The notes beneath the pieces were generated by a model. That model was not told the origin of the DNA and searched no databases. It saw nothing but the letters and a program-made list of their open reading frames with translations. Position numbers and translations under genes: made by a program. A stretch of 64,000 nucleotides of DNA from Isurus oxyrinchus (taxonomy: Eukaryota): contig JANJGN010000041.1 of assembly GCA_026770705.1 (NCBI GenBank), positions 5,890,001-5,954,000 on the forward strand. The letters run 5' to 3'. Positions 63,520 through 64,000 of this stretch are shown in pieces (the first letter of the stretch is position 1; each line of letters starts with the position of its first letter).

Positions 63520-64000
63520 TGGTGGTCATAGTGCTGGAGGTGTTTCAATGGTTTGAGCTGGCGGCAGTGAAGTAACGGCAAATATATTTCCAAGTAAGGA
63601 TGGTTATTGGCTTGGAGGGGACCATCCAGGGGGTATTGTTCCCATGTGTCTGCTACCACTGTCCTTCTAGATGGAAGCGATCGCTGGATAGGCAGGTGAT
63701 GCCGAAGAAGCCTTGGTGAAGGCAATGCATCTTGCAAATGGTGCACACGGCTGCTTCTGTGCATTGGTGGTGGAGGGAGAGGATGTTTTTGTGCCAATCA
63801 AGTGGGGCTGCTTTGTCCTGGACGGTGTCCAGTGTCTTGAGTGTTGTGGGAGCTGCACTCATCCACTCAATTGGCGATTATTCCAACATACTCTGAATCT
63901 TTCCTTGTAGATGATGGACAGATCTTTGGGAGTCAGGAGGTTAGTTATTCGCTGAAGGATTCCTTGCTTCTTGCCCTCATTTAGCGACATTGTTTGCATA
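63520..64000 (-). mobile_element. Non-LTR retrotransposon ORF2 C-terminus and 3' region (RTEX-like, tentative)
   Basis: Minus ORF SAAPTTLKTLDTVQDKAA...SLHHQCTEAAVCTICKMHC, a typical LINE post-RT segment; runs off the window end. Confidence 0.7.

Overview
Eukaryotic genomic DNA, repeat-rich; the repeat families and receptor type point to a cartilaginous fish (inference). Positions 1-49545 are a young head-to-tail tandem array of a ~21.1-21.4 kb unit (tail of one unit at 1-7022, full units at 7023-28133 and 28134-49545, about 99% identical by eye). Each unit carries one two-exon class A GPCR gene of the GPR139/GPR142-like type: 70-nt coding exon 1, ~8.3-8.4 kb phase-1 intron, 905-nt exon 2, 324 aa. 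Two genes are complete in the window; the third has exon 1 upstream of it. Each unit also carries CR1, Penelope-like (GIY-YIG) and other LINE relics, a Penelope-end palindrome with partial hammerhead-like motifs and a tRNA-Asp-derived pseudogene. After an assembly gap (50372-50506) come an older, more diverged copy of part of the unit, CR1 relics, a ~1.9 kb 13-bp satellite, simple repeats and a disabled exon 1 of a fourth, divergent receptor with a 7-aa-repeat N-terminus. Family assignments and difference counts are by eye from remembered motifs; no database search was run.
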